Of a DNA stretch of 64,000 nucleotides, positions 34,915 to 49,234 are shown one piece after another. This DNA comes from Mobula hypostoma (lineage: Eukaryota). Under the pieces are notes generated by a model. It saw nothing but the letters and a program-made list of their open reading frames with translations. It did no database searches and was not told the origin of the DNA. How positions within the stretch are numbered: the stretch's first letter is position 1; every line of letters starts with the position of its first letter. The DNA lies in assembly GCF_963921235.1 (NCBI RefSeq), contig NC_086097.1:132372001-132436000 (forward strand). The letters are read 5' to 3'. Made by a program: the position numbers and the translations under genes.

Positions 34915-36185
34915 CATTTCCAAACTACTTAACATTCAGAAATCTATCAAACTCTGTTTTGAATGAACTCAGTCACTGGGCTTCAATGGTAAAGTATTCC
35001 AAACATTCACTACCCACCTTTGGAATCTGTAACCCTAGTTCCTACACTCCACAGCCAGGAGAATTTTCCCTGTACCTAGCCCATTGTACGCATTAAGCTT
35101 CAAAGAAATTGCTTCTCATTCAGCAATCCTTGAGAAAATACAGGCAATCCACACAATCTCTCCTTATACAGCAAATGCATCATGTGTATAACCATTCTGT
35201 TTTTTATCTTTGTTGCTTTTCATCAAAGTTAAGTATATTTATTTTTGGCTAAGAAGTCCAAAAATTGCACAATAATCCAAGTAAAATCTCACCAAATCTT
35301 ATATAACTGTAGTAAGATATCTTTATTCCTACAATCGAATTCTCTTGTAATAAAGGTTAACATTTTGTCCTCCTAAATACTTGCTGCTCTTGTGTGTTAT
35401 GTTTCAGCAACTTATGTACAAATAAAACTATGTCCCTTTGACCCTCAGCATTTCCCAATCTGCTCTATTCCTCAATTAGTTTTCCTGTGGTATCCACCTA
35501 AGTAATTGTTTTCATAATTTTCCACATTGTATTCCATCTGACATTTTTTTTTGCTCACTTACTCAGATCATCTGTATCCCTGAAGCCCTTTACATTCTTC
35601 TTCCTACTCACAAAGACACTTAATTTTATTTTATCACCAAACTTAGAAATTCAAACTTTGGTCCCTCTCAGTCGAATTGTTAAGAAAGACATTGAATTGT
35701 TGGGCCCCATGGGACCAGTTCCTGCAGTATGTATGTATTTATTTTTTTATTTACTGAGATACAGCATGAAGTATGCCCTTCCAGCCCTCTTAGCCACGCC
35801 ACCCAACGATCCCCCAATTTAATCCTAGCTTAATCACAGGACAATTTACAATCACCAATTTACCTACAGTATGTCTTCGGACTGTGAGAGGAAACCAGAG
35901 CACCTGGCAGAAACTCACACGGTTACGGAGAGTGCGTACAAACTCCTTACAAGCAGTGGTGGGAATTGAACCCTGTACTGTAAAGCATTGTGTTAACCAC
36001 TACGCTATCGTGCCACCAACTAGTCATAGTTTGCCAATCCAAGAAAGACTCATTTATGCCTTCTCTTTGCTCTCTATTAATCACTTTTCAATCCACTACA
36101 GTTTATTACTCCCAATTCCATGTGTACTAACCTTGTTGACCAACCTCCTGTATGAGACTTTATTCAAAGTTTTTAAATTCCTCAC
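34915..36185 (-). mobile_element. Degraded CR1 RT and 3' region interrupted by a V-SINE (~35750-36015)
   Basis: Reverse-complement remnants of LYKI.V..LDYC.IFG, KF.D..KL and the VP..RL..KV..HGI region. The V-domain GAGGAAACCAGAGCACCTGG is at ~35888. Confidence 0.7.
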
Positions 36186-37229
36186 CTATTTGTTTCCCTT
36201 TGTCTATTCTACTAGGCAGAGCACAGTCAAATATAATTAAGTTAATTACTGTCACATGCATCAGGATACAGTGAAAGCTTTCATTTGGGTGTCATCCAGA
36301 CATTATCCATACAAAGTACAAAAAGGAAAACTAGAGTGCAGAATATAGTGTTACAACTGCAGAGAAAATGCTGTATAAGTAGACAAATAAAGGGCAAGAG
36401 ACACAATGAGGTTGACTGAGAAAACAAGGGTTCATCTTTTAGCATTTAAGATGGTTCAGAATCCAAAAACAGTAGGACAGAAGTTGTTCCTGAGCCTGGT
36501 GGAATGTGTTACCAAGCACTTCTGTCATTGTCCAATGGAAGAGAAGAGAAGAGAGAATATCCTAGGTATTGTTGGCTGCTTTTCCAGAGCAGCAGGTAGT
36601 GTAGACAGAGGGAAGGCTGGTTTGGCTGATGGACTGGGTTTCCCTTTCAAAAATTCATGCTGATTCTACTCAACCCTACCATTCTTTTCTCAGTGTTGTA
36701 TTAATATACCCTTTATTACAGAGTCCAGCGTTTTCTCTTCTACTGATATTTGGCTAGCAGATCCCTTTTTTCTCTCCTTCTGTTCTGGAGTCCCCTTTGC
36801 TCTGCTCCAATCTATATGTGGCCACATCTTTCGAAACTCAGGGATGTGGATCAATAGCTCTCGAACACTGCGTAAAAGTTTCAGGAAATTCTGCTGCAGC
36901 TGCATAAAACTTTGTTTAGGCTGCACTTGGTTTACTGTGTGCGTTTCTAGCATTACAGGAAGTATGTGGGTGCTTTAGATAAGACACAGAAAATTCTTAC
37001 CAGGATGCTTCCTGGATTACAGGCTATGAGCCATGAAAAGAGGTTGGACGAACTAGAGTTGTTAGCTCTGGTGCAAAGGAGGCTGAGGCAAGACTGAGAG
37101 ATTATGAGTGGCATAGACGAAATAGACAGTCAGATCCCTTTCCCAGTGTAAAAATGTCTAATACTAGAAAGCATGCATTTAGGTGAGGGTGGGAAAGTTT
37201 AAAGGAGATGAGTGGGACAGGTTTTTATA

Positions 37230-37492
37230 CAGGCTCCATCTGCTACTGTCGCTACAGTCATTGCTATTCCCATGCCTGGTGGGACCCACTCATCATCATT
37301 CACCCTCCTCAGTCCACTAACCACATCGGACTCCTGTCTCATTCCTCCCCTTTCCCTCTTTATATCAGTTATCTCTCCTCTCCATACTCAGTCCTGATGC
37401 AGGGATTTAACACCGACAAACATTGACAATTGCTTTAGCCCTGCAGATGTTGTTTGACCAACTGAGTTCCTCCAACAGATTGTTTTTTGTTC
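37230..37492 (+). mobile_element. PLE terminal region, degraded
   Basis: Pyrimidine tract, then CAGTCCTGATGCAGGG...AAACATTGAC and CTGAGTTCCTCCAACAGA. Confidence 0.6.
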
Positions 37493-38339
37493 ATAGGATA
37501 GCCATTATAAATTCAATTATTTAATACGGGGCACTTTTAAGAAAGAACTGCCATCATAGTTTGTGAAAATAACTTAGAGAGCTTTGAGTTAAAATTCTAC
37601 AACTGACAGAGCTCTCAATTTCTTTCAGGATAAGACAGCCCACCATACTATGTCTTACAGTCAGGACCATGGAGAAAGTTAGGGGATAATGAGAGAACTT
37701 GGTTGCTCTTAAGATTTTAGATTTCCACTTCATTACATTTATAGCTGATAGAGTGCAACAGCTCACTGGCAAAGATTGGAGTTAGATGTACTGTATGTCT
37801 ACTCTCGGATCTGTCTTGCAGTAAGTGGCAGCAAAATATTAAAACATCAGTTTTGACTGTTCCCATGCAACTGTTTCCAAATAACTCCAAGCTTCATTTC
37901 TGCTCTTGAAGTCAAGTTCTTTCATACTGGTGTGAACTTGCTGTGTGTCATTTGGCAAGTATGTGCACCACTACATTCCCACTGGAGAACAGTCTGTGCT
38001 TGGTTTCATTCCAGTGTTAATTTTGCAGTATAAATGATGTTATTATGCGTTCTTTGTGCAAACGTTCAGGACTGTTACTCCTCGCCAGATTGGCTGGATC
38101 TGCCTCCATAGGCATATTCACTTGTTCATCACCTACTTCTGATCCCATGGAAGTCTTTGGCAGCAGTGACTGAACCTTGCTCATGTCGAACACAGAACAT
38201 GTTGAGAAGTGCACGTTAAAGGTAGGCTTCAAGGAATACTTAGCGAGTACCCTTGCATTTGTAAGTCAGGTTATATTTTGCTGTTTGAGAGACCAGAGGG
38301 ATGGATTAGAGCAGTATTTTACTGCGTTGCTGCAGAGTC

Positions 38340-38660
38340 TTGCAGCACAGAAACAGGCCCCTCATCCCACCAGGTTTATGTGAATTATCAAACAACCTTT
38401 TATACCAATGCTACACTAATGCCATTTTATTCTATATATGTTCCTATCATCCTCCTCAAAATTCTACCACTCACTTATACACTAGGGACAAATTATGCCG
38501 ACCAGTTAACCCAGCAACCTGCATGCCTTTTGGATGTGGGAGAAAACCAGAGCTTTTGTGGGAAACACAGGAAGTTACAGGGAGAACATGCAATCTCTAC
38601 AGAGACAGAACATGAGGTCAGGATTGAACACGGTCGGTAAAGCAGTGCCATTGTGCCAAC
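38340..38660 (-). mobile_element. V-SINE
   Basis: TTTTGGATGTGGGAGAAAACCAGAGC...GAAACACAGG..ACAGGGAGAACATGCAA. Confidence 0.75.
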
Positions 38661-38934
38661 AAATGAGATAACCAGCCAATGAGTTTTGGTGGTGTTAGTT
38701 GAAAGGTAGGTCGCTCCTATAGTTTTTGATTAAATTATCACAGCATCACCTGCATTCCTGTTGAACAGGTAGGACCTCGACTCCGCACCTCTAGTCAGGG
38801 GTCAGAATGACAAATATTGTTTTAGTGATGTAAAAGAATCCACAAATTCTGATTCCATACCAGAGAGCCAAGCTAATGTTGCACTTTATCATTGGACATC
38901 CCATTTATAGTTAGCTGGTTTGTTTTATAACTGG

Positions 38935-39360
38935 TCAAGATTCAAGATTCAAGTTTGTTTAATGTCATTTCCAGTACGGAAGTGTAAAGGAGAACAAAAT
39001 GATAGTTTCTCTGGATCCAATTGAGCACCAAAAAAAAAATACAATAATGATTTAAAAACACAATGAATATAAATACATAAGATAACTGATGTATCAGTAG
39101 ATTAATTGTGTATCCATAAAGTGATGCTAATCACAGGAGTATTTATACATAAAGTGAGTGACAGGAAATGATAAAGTAATAGTGGTTGGGGGTGTGGTGG
39201 TGGCTAAGTGAATGGAGGTCTTGATCTGCCTCTCTTCTTGGGGAAGGTAACTCTTGTTGAAGCTGGTGGTCCTGATGGGAGTGGGACAACAAGTCCATGA
39301 ACAGGATGGATGGGATCCTTCATAATCCTACTGGCCCTTTTCCGTCACCTTTCTGTGTAT
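38935..39360 (-). mobile_element. Rex/Babar-type 3' end with (TCTTGAA)n tail
   Basis: TCAAGATTCAAGATTCAAG tail, plus a decayed IMKDP.HP motif near 39300-39330. Confidence 0.6.
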
Positions 39361-39361
39361 A

Positions 39362-40355
39362 TTAGTAATGATCTTTCAATAATCACTAGATTCTGTAATG
39401 GTTCCAAAAGACTATAAAATTGCAAATGTCATTCTGCTCTTCAAGGAGGGAGAGAAGCAGAAGAAAGGAAATTATAGGCCAGTTAATCTGATCTCAGTGG
39501 TTGGGAAGCCGTTGGAGTCAATGATTAAGGTTGAGGTCTCAGAGTACTTGGAGGCACATGATAAAATAAGCCATAGTCAGCATGGTTTCCTCAAGGGAAA
39601 ATCTTGCCTGACAAATCTGTCGGAGTTCTTTGAAGAAACAACAAGCAGAAAAGACCAAGGAAAATTGGTTGATTCTAGCATGGATAAAGCAGTGGTTGAT
39701 TGGCAGAAGGCAAAAAGTGGGAATAAAGGGAGCCTTTTCTGGCTGGCTGCCAGAGACTAATAGTCTTCCACAGGGGTCTGTGTTGGGACCGATCCTTTTT
39801 ACATTACATGTCAATGATTTGGATGATGGAATTGATGGCTTTGTTGCAAAGTTTGCAGATGATATTAAGATAACTGGAGGGGCAGGCAGTTTTGAGGAAG
39901 TAGAGAGGCTACAGAAGGACTTGGATTAGGAGAATGGGCAAAGAAATGGCAAATGGAATACAGTGTTGGGAAGTGTATGGTTATACACTTTGGTAGAACA
40001 AATAAAAGAGTTGACTATTTTCTAAATGGAGAGAAAATACGAAAAAATGAGGCACAAAGGGACTTAGTGATCCATGCGCAGGATTCCCTAAAGGTTAATT
40101 TGCAGGTTGAATCTGTGGTGAGGAAGGCAAGTGCAACGTTAGCATTCATTTCAAGAGGACTAGAATATAAAAGCAGGGATGTAATGTTGAGATTTTGTAA
40201 AGTACTGGTGCGACCTCACGGAGTATTGTGAGCAGTTCTCAGCCTGATATCTTAGAAAGGATGTGCTGAAACTGGAGACGATTCAAAGGAGGTTCACGAA
40301 AATAATTCCAGGATTGAATGGCTTGTCATATGAAAAACGTTTGATGGCTCTGGGC
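39362..40355 (+). mobile_element. CR1 RT fragment, frameshifted and internally deleted
   Basis: [36 protein letters not shown] and KFADD. Confidence 0.92.
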
Positions 40356-42936
40356 CATCAATTTCCACTGCTGTCTGTAAGGAGTTTGTATGTTCTCCCC
40401 ACGACCACATGGGATTTCTCCAGATTCTTCCATTTCCTCCCTCATTCCAAAAACATATGGGTTAATGTTAGTTAGTTATGATCTTGCTATGTGGTGCCAT
40501 GTGCATGTCGGTACTTGCAGGCTACCTCAGCACGTTTCGGACTGTGTTGACCGTTGATGCAAAACAACACATTTCATTATATTTTTTATGTTTCTCTGTA
40601 CATCTGGCAAATAAAGCTGATCTTTAAAATTTTCTTACGTTAAATTCTGTACTAACAGAGTGCAAAACAAAATTATAGCCACTTTCTTAAAATTAAAGGT
40701 TAGAGTATAAACAGTAGATGAATGACCAGCAGTCCTGAATTTTGAGATATAGAGCATATAGAAAATACATATAGAGAAATATACATATATCAGAATCAGG
40801 TTTGATATCACAGACATATATCGTGAAATTTATTACATGCTATATAAATGTATGTGTGTGAATTATATTTTGCCTATGAGAATTGCATCTTTGTACGTGT
40901 ATTTACTTTGCCTCATTTTCCAAAGAAATGGAAGCCTGTAGTACCATATATATCTAGGCACATTTATATGGCATTATTTTCTTCATTTTATGAGCTTAAC
41001 ATTATGCTTAATTTTTTTCACCAGCATTTAAGTGTTGGGAAAATAAACAGAAATATTCCAAACATTTTCTGAAACTACTATCTTTGAGGTGTCAGTTACA
41101 TGGGAATCTCAACATAGACCCCAGATATATATTAAGTTTATCAGTGTAATCAGTATCATCATGAAATTAAAAACTAGTTCAGCAAGCTGTTACTTTTTGA
41201 TCTTGGGAAATCAGAAGGTTATTGTGTGCAATATTGATCATTCCATTACAGAAATGCTGCAGGTGCTTTGGAAAGGGTGCAGAAGAGTTTACAAGAATGC
41301 TGTTATAGTGAGAGGTGATGTGCTATAACGTGAGGTTGAACAAACTTGAGTTGTCTTCACTGGAGTGGAAGAGGATGAGAGGAGACCTGATAAAACTATA
41401 AGGCAAGAATAGGATTGACCGTCTGATTCTTTATCATTTGGTAGAATAATAAATTACAAGGGCCATGACGAGGGAGAATGGTAGATCAAGAAGTCATCTG
41501 TCAACATTTATGAGGTCCATTCAGGAGTTTGATCACAGTGAGATAAATCTGTCCTTGAATCTGCCAGTATATATTTTCAGGTTTTCGTATCTTCTGAGGG
41601 GAGAATAGAGAATTACTGTGGGGAGCAGTCCTTGATTATGTTGGAAGCAATCCTGAGGTAACAAGAAATGTAGATGGAGTCATTGGAGAGGAAGCATGAA
41701 GGCATAATGTCAAAGGCTGGTCGGGCAATGCTGGGGTGGGTGGGGTTAGGGGTTTCATTGCCTGAGGCCCATTTGCCACTTACGGCCCATTTTGCCTCAC
41801 AGAAAGGCTGTGGAGTGAAGGACCCTATACCCATATCCCAGTTGTACAGGAGTAGGTATGTAGGGCTGCAGGATTAATGTGGAATCTGAACGTGGGCAGC
41901 CAGTCGGATCGAACACAATCCGACCTTTACTTCCAGTCTTTGCGCCATTGTTTTATTTAATTTAACATCAGATCAGTTTGAATGCAAATACATGACAGTT
42001 CAGAAAGCACAAGAGCAAGTCCATTTCAGTCTGCACCTGCTCACGTCTCAGAGCAATTCCTTCCACCAGCACTCCCTCAAAGCTATTATTAGTGAGTCTA
42101 AAGTTCATGACCTTGTGCTGGACACAAGCACAGCAGCACAATAGATAACTGGTTGGCCATTCACGTGATGGAGCTCCCATGAGGCACATACAGAAATGGT
42201 ATCATTACTGAACCCACTATAACAAACGTGCAGCTACACGAAAGGAACACTCCCAACAATGGGTTTGAAAAAAATGATACAAAGAAAACGGCTAGCAGCA
42301 GAATTCATGAAAATCAGTAGAAACGATCAAAGATAGAACCAGCATCAATGTTCATACAGATAAAGTGTTATAAAACAGAATATTATTACTAATTGCATTT
42401 ACAATTATTATAACTAGAATGTTGTTATTGATTGCAATTTTAATTGACTCTATAATCAAAACAGATAACTTAAGACTTCTGTAGAATCCAGTCAGCTGAC
42501 TGAAATAACTAGAGGCAGCATAGATGTCACTATTTTAATTTTCTCACTTGCTACCTAAAGAGAATTTCTTAAAACAAAGGTGCTTTTTGCAGGATTGGTA
42601 AGACTATTGTGGTGGTTCTGACACATCAGACAAATTGATGTCTGACCATCAGTAAGAACATGATGGGCTGAATGGCCAACTTCCATGTTCTGTGCCTCTG
42701 AGGGAAATCTATAAAACATGACATAATAGATAATTTAATGGGATAAATATGGCATCCAAATTTGAAATAATATTTCTTTTATTATTAGGCAAAGGGATTG
42801 CAGAGAAAATACTAAATGTATTTTAAACCAAAAATCATACATTTTCCTAATCTTGAATTTTCAAAAACGTGACTTTTATACCTCTTTTTCTTGGTAGCAT
42901 CAGTATCTACATGAATACTTTATGGTGGTTGGATTT

Positions 42937-44555
42937 TAGAAACGTAGAAAGCCCACAAGACAATACAGGCCCTTCAGCCCTCAATGCTGTGCCGAACATG
43001 TACTTACTTTAGAAATTCCCTAGCGTTACCCATAGCCCTCTATTTTTCTGAGCTCCATGTACCTATCCAGGAGTCTCTTAAAAGACCCTATTGATCCGTC
43101 TCCACCACCAACGCCGGCAGCCCATTCCAAACACTCACCACTCTCTGCGTAAAAACTTACCCCTGACATCTCCTCTGTACCTACTTCCAAGCACCTTTAA
43201 ACTATGCCCTCCCATGTTTGCCATTTCAGCCCTGGGAAAAAGTCTCTGACTATCCACACAATCAATGCCTCTCATCATCTTATATTCCTCTATTTGGTCA
43301 CTTCTCATCCTCTGCCACTCCAAGGAGAAAAGGCCGAGTTCACTCAACCTATTCTCATAAGGCATGCTCCCCAATCCAGGCAACATCCTTGTAAATCTCC
43401 TCTGCACCCTTTCTATGGTTTCCACATCCTTCCTGTAGTGAGGTGACCAGAACTGAGCACAATACTCCAAGTGGGGTCTGACCAGCGTCCTATATAGCTG
43501 TAACATTGCTTCTCGGCTCTCAAACTCAATCCCACGGTTGATGAAGGCCAATGTTCCAAATGCCTTCTTAACCACGGAGCCAATCTGCGCCGCAGCTTTC
43601 AGTGTCCTATGGACTCGGACCCCAAGATCCCTCTGATCCTCCACACTGCCAAGAGTCTTACCATTAATACTATATTCTGCTATCATATTTGACCTATCAG
43701 AATGAACCACCTCACACTCCATCTGCCACTTTTCTGTCCAGTTTTGCATCCTATCAATGTCCCACTGTAGCCTCTGACAGCCCTCCACACTATCCACAAC
43801 ACCCCCAACTTTTGTGTCATCAGCAAATTTATGAACCCATCCCTCCACTTCCTCATCCAGGTCATTTATAAAAGTCATGAAGAGAAGGGGTCCCAGAACA
43901 GATCCCTGAGGCACATCACTGGTCACCAATCTCCATGCAGAACATGACCCATCTTCAACCACTCTTTTTGCCTTCTGTGGGCAAGCCAGTCCTGGATCCA
44001 CAAAGCCAGGTACCCTTGGATTCCATGCCTCCTTAGTTTCTCAATAAGCCTTGCATAGGGTACCTTATCAAATGCTTTTTTGAAGTCCATATGCTCTACC
44101 TTCATCAATGTGTTTAGTCACATCCTCAAAAAATTCAGTCAGGCTTGTGAGGCACAACCTGCCCTTGACAAAGATATGCTGACTCTTCCCAATCATATTA
44201 TGCCTCTCCAAATATTCATAAATCCTGCCTCTCGGGATCTTTTCCATCAACTTACCAACCACCGAAGTAAGACTCACTGGTCTATAATTTCCTGGGCTAT
44301 CTCTACTCCCTTTCTTGAATAAGGGAACAACATCTGCAAGGCTCCAATACTCCGGACACCCGCCCCCCCCCCCACACCCCGTCCCCATTGATAATGCAAA
44401 GATCATTGCCAAAGGCTCAGCAATCTCCTCCTTCACCTCCAACAGTAGCCTAGGTTACATCTCGTCTGGTCTCGGAGACTTATCCAACTTGATGCTTTCC
44501 CAAAGCTCCAGCACATTCTCTTTCTTAATGTCTGTATGCTCAAGCTTTTCAATCC
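42937..44555 (-). mobile_element. CR1 RT and 3' end
   Basis: ORFs 44068-44442, 43923-44108 and 43135-44001 contain [30 protein letters not shown] and KFADDTK. A TTTCTA-type tail lies at 42937. Confidence 0.95.
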
Positions 44556-44924
44556 ACTTGAGCATAAAGACATACAGATTTTGTACACTGAGAGGGCATA
44601 TTATCCACCAATATGATGGTCAGGAGCTCTCTTTCTCCGGTTCCCAGTTCTCTAAGATTTGCCCAAAATCTTCAAAAATTAAACAAGCTTAATCTCCTTT
44701 ATACAAATACTATTAACACAGAAAGAAAATCAGAAGGTTTTCTTTTGAATGTAGGTTTGCTTTTCGCCAACTTTAACCATATACATCTCTTACCTCTTAC
44801 CACATGTCAAGTGACCAATATTCAGTGTGTGAAAGTGGGACATTTTAAAATTATGTGATGAACACAGGATTATATCCAACCAAAACTGGCAACTATAACC
44901 TAACCAAAGTGTTTGAATGCTCTC

Positions 44925-45436
44925 GGACTGTACTCACTGGAGTTTATAAGAATGAAGATAGATCTTATTAAAAACTCATTGAATATTGAAGGGCCTAGAT
45001 AAGAGTGGGAGTGGAGAGGATGCTTCCAATAGCGGGGGAGTCTAAGGCCAAAGGGCACAGTCTCTGAACACAAGGGCTGCTCTTTAGAGCAGAGATGAGG
45101 AGGAATTTCTTTAGTGATAAATCTGTGGAATTCATTGCCACAAACAGCTGTGAATGCCTAGTCAATGGGTATATTTAAAGCAAAGGTTGATAGGTTCTTG
45201 ATTAGTAAGGGCGTCACAGAGAAGGCTAGAATAATAAATCACAAACAATAGAAAGTCTGCAGCTGCTTGAAATCCAAAGCAACACGCATAAAATGCTGAA
45301 GGATCTCAGCAGGTCAGGCAGCATCGACGGAAAAGAGTAAAGAGTCGATGTTTCCGGCCAGGACCCTTCTTCAAGACATATCGAGTATGACTGAATGGCC
45401 GACCAGACTCAATTCTGCTCTTATGTCTTATGGTCT
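44925..45436 (+). mobile_element. CR1 3' fragment with a PLE mini-insertion (45243-45377, minus strand)
   Basis: The CR1 3' UTR is split at ATAATAAATCA. The insert reads (minus) GTC TTGAAGA A GGGTCCTGGCCG GAAA C ATC GACTC. Confidence 0.8.
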
Positions 45437-45545
45437 AACCGTTCATTATTTTCAACAAAACAACAGTGATGAATAAAACAATAAGAAACATTTACAATGG
45501 CACTGTGATAATTGATTCAGGATTGACTTGTATTGCTTCTTTTGT

Positions 45546-45632
45546 AACACACATAAAAGTTGCTGGTGAACGCAGCAGGCCAGGCAGCATCTCTAGGAAG
45601 AGGTGCAGTCGACGTTTCAGGCCGAGACCCTT
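45546..45632 (-). mobile_element. PLE terminal mini-fragment ending in hammerhead stem II
   Basis: AACACACATAAAAGTTGCTGG...CAGTCGACGTTTCAGGCCGAGACCCTT. Confidence 0.75.
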
Positions 45633-46321
45633 TTGTGTTTCTTTTGTTGATATTCAAATGTATTATTAAGTACACATGTAACAAATATGCATAAGAGCTT
45701 TAATTTGGAATTTGTTATTGGGTTATTATTGTCACATGTACAGAGATACAGTGAAAAGCTTTAGTTTGTGTGCTGTCAGACAGTTGCTGCCTGACCTGCT
45801 GAGTGCATCTAGCATTTTGTGTTTCTGCATTTTAGATTTCCAAATCTGCAGTTTTGTGTGCTTTTCATTTAACATTTAAATCAATAACCTTTATTCACAA
45901 CTTTTCTATTACTTTCCTAGAACATGCCCAGCTGCCTTTTGAAAGTTCCTGTGGAATCTGATTTTACTTCCCTCAATATCTTTCTCTAAGTTGCAGGAAA
46001 TATAGTCAATAATTCAAGCCAACAACAAGTTACTATATTAAATAAAGTTGACAGTGTCAAGGTAGCAGCTCTTAGCCTGGGTTTTTCCACTGAGACAGGC
46101 AGACCCTTTGGAAAAATATTGTTGCAACAGCACAGTTAGTCACATCAAGCAGTCCTTCAAGTGAGTAAATGATTGATCACAGCTAGTATTAGAGATGATG
46201 TATATGATAAAATGCTATTGACTCTGGATTCTCACCACCAATAAAAACAAGACAGCAGGCATATGGCAACACTACAACCTACTGATTTCCTCTAAGTTTT
46301 GCACACATAATCCTGACTTGG

Positions 46322-46610
46322 AGCAGCTACTAGAGCCACTGACTCACTGTCCTTGTTACCCAGGTTAACTCAGACTTCACACACAGACTTTGTGTGGAAT
46401 TCATACATTCTCACTGTGACTATGTAGGTTTACTCCCACATCCCAAAGACGTGAGGCTTGGTAGGTTAGTTAGCCATTGTAAATTGCTCCTAGTGTAGGT
46501 GAATTGTAGGAAAATCAGGGTGAAGGTGATGGGCATATGTGAGGGAATAGGGAAATGTGAAGGAATGGGAGAGCTAGCATAGATCAGATGGGCTGAACAG
46601 TTGCATGTCA
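46322..46610 (+). mobile_element. V-SINE
   Basis: GGTTTACTCCCACATCCCAAAGACGTG...AGCCATTGTAAATTGCTCCTAGTGT. Confidence 0.7.
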
Positions 46611-47561
46611 TGGGAGAAAAATTTTAAAAATGTCATCATTATTTGGCTATTCTAGTAGAATGTTGAACTTCAGTTGCACATCCTTAATTTTAGCCAGTCT
46701 GTTTCATAAAAATGAATCCTAGGAACCCCTATGTAAATTGGGGTGGTAAACTTGTATTCAGTATAAACCACACTATCGACATTCCTTCACAATGCATCAA
46801 TTCCATAATGTGACTGACCATCACTTCCCAAGAGCAGTTAGGGATAAGTAAGAAATGTTGGTCTTGACTAAGTCCTATAAAAGTATCAAGGCACATTGAG
46901 CTTCCTGCTTTGCTGGTTCCTAGAAAGGTTTGCAGTGTTATAATAATGGAGCAGGAAAGAGAAGGACAAATGATGGCTTTGATTGTGAGTATCAGTTTTT
47001 TGTGGGGCCTTTCATAGCTTGTTCCCACTCATCGTGCCATCTTCTTGCTGCTACCATTGAGCAGGAGTACAGAAGCTAGAGAACCACATCACTGCACTTA
47101 TGCACAATTGATTATATTTGAATAAGCTTGCCTTGAATTCGCTCTCGTATGTGTTCAGTGTGACATCGTGGAGCACAAAACAATAGGTGAACAAAAAGGT
47201 CAAATCTTGCCCCTTTTTTACAATGTTGGCAGATTTCTATTTAGGTCTGTATTGGACTTTCTGTAAGTTACTTGACAAAACAAACAGGCCAACTCAAAGA
47301 TCTGTAATATCAGTTCAGCACTCTGCAGGTGATGATTCACAAAGCAACAATAAATTGAGACAGAGTGATGGATCTGCACAGACAAGAAAAGTAATCCTTA
47401 TCTAACAAAGACACTACATTGTATATAGCTCTTTTGCTAAAGAATGACTCCTGTGGAAGGGAGATTTACTGTCAAAGCAAAGATGACAAAAAGGCAACCA
47501 GCTTGAGATTTGTTTCTCTTAGTTACTAAACCCATCACTTTCCATCAATAATTTGTTAAGT

Positions 47562-47895
47562 AACACACACAAAATGCTGAAAGAACTCAGCAGGCCAGGC
47601 AGCTTCAATGGAGAGGAATAAACTGTCAATGTTTCAGGCCAAGACCTTCTCTTATGGTTCCAATTAGTGAGCTGCAGACTGGGTCCTATTGGAAGTTAGT
47701 TAAGGACTGTGCTGATTCGCCCTTCTGGGATCCATGTTTTTGAAATGGTGAAGGATCTCACCCTGATACATCGACTGCTTATTCTTCTCCATAGATGCTA
47801 CTCGACCTGCTGAGTTTCTCCAGATACTGTCTAACTTCTTGAGATCTCCTGTGTGTTACTCTGGATTTCCAGGGTCTGCAGAATCTCTTGAGTTA
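47562..47895. mobile_element. Fold-back pair of PLE termini around a ~95-bp spacer
   Basis: Minus-strand terminus at 47562-47650 and plus-strand terminus at 47746-47895, both cut at the hammerhead. Confidence 0.7.
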
Positions 47896-48295
47896 ATAAT
47901 TTGGTAAGAATTATTTCAATTCTATGTGGTAATCTGAAGAAAATGAAATGATAGGTCTTTTCATTCAGTCATGGAATATTGGCAACAGAAGTCAAGCAAG
48001 CATATAATACCTGTCCTTAATGCCCTTGAGAGGGAGGGCATGGACAATTTCCTTGCACAACATGCAACTAAGAAGATCATAATGCTCCCATTCTATGTTA
48101 CTGTTTTTATGCCATTGAACATTTGCTGTGGCATCTCAAACATCAATTTAGAATCAACCATGTTACCTTTTGTTTGGAGTCACACAAGTAAAGTTGGCAG
48201 ATTTCCTTTCCCTGGAAAACAGTGGTAAATTAGGTGATTTTCTCTACAGAAATCTATCAGAATCAGCAGCTTCAGTCTTCCTTTCCTGTTCACAG

Positions 48296-48772
48296 ATAGA
48301 CCATACAGCAGTATAGTACAGGAACAGGCCCTTCAGCCCACAATGTCTGTGTCAATTATCATATTCAATTAAACTAATTATCTTTTGTCTACACATAATC
48401 CACATCCATCCAATCCTTGCATATTCACATGTCTATCTAATAACCTCCTAAACATCACAGTCATATCTGCTTCCGCCACTCCCCCGGTTAGACTGAAACC
48501 ACCATTTGCCACTCTCTGTATAAAAACTTGCCCACATTCCTCCCTTAAGTTTTACCCCTCATACCTTACATATGCATTAAGTCCCTTAGCTCTTGACATT
48601 TCTACCCTGGGAAAATGATCCTGACTCTCCTCCCTATCTAAGCCTCTCATAATTTTATAAACTTCTATCAGGTCTCCCCCAAGCCTCTGAAGCTCCAGAG
48701 AAAATAATCCAAGTTTGTTCAACTTCACCTTATAGTTTGTACTCTCAAACCAGGCAGCATCCTGGTAAACCT
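48296..48772 (-). mobile_element. CR1 3' fragment
   Basis: Reverse complement of RF.RMLPG..LNKLGLFSLE..RL.GDLIEVYKIM and the 3' UTR. Confidence 0.8.
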
Positions 48773-49234
48773 GACAGTCAGATCATTCTGCACTGTATTT
48801 CACAACTCCAAGTCTTCTTTTTCCCTGTTCTCATTCCCTAATTACTCCCATTCATTTGCTGTTCAGATATCCTTGTTTCCAACTTATCCCTGATTTAACC
48901 CTAATGCATTCCACTCCCTAGTCTCCTTGCACCTAACAAGCATCTTTTGTCTCCTTCCCAGTTCCAGTGAAGGGTCTTAAACCTGAAACTTTACACCATT
49001 GTTCACTAGCGTCACAGTCGAGCATGTATCAAATTATAACCACTCCTCCATTAGCCTTTACTATCTCAGCGGTTAAGATCAATGGTTTCCACCCCCCTGA
49101 ATTTTTGATGTTGTTTTCTCCCTTTTAGTCTAAAGAGCAAACTTAACTGCTTAACCAAGATACTGCCTTCCTGCTCCTTCCACCCTAAACACAGTTTTAC
49201 AAGTTTCTTCTGTTGCCTTTTTTCTTAAATTTAG

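Noticed and set aside
38017..38232. 71-aa minus-strand ORF as a host exon
   Set aside because: No recognisable homology or convincing splice sites; the length is compatible with chance.
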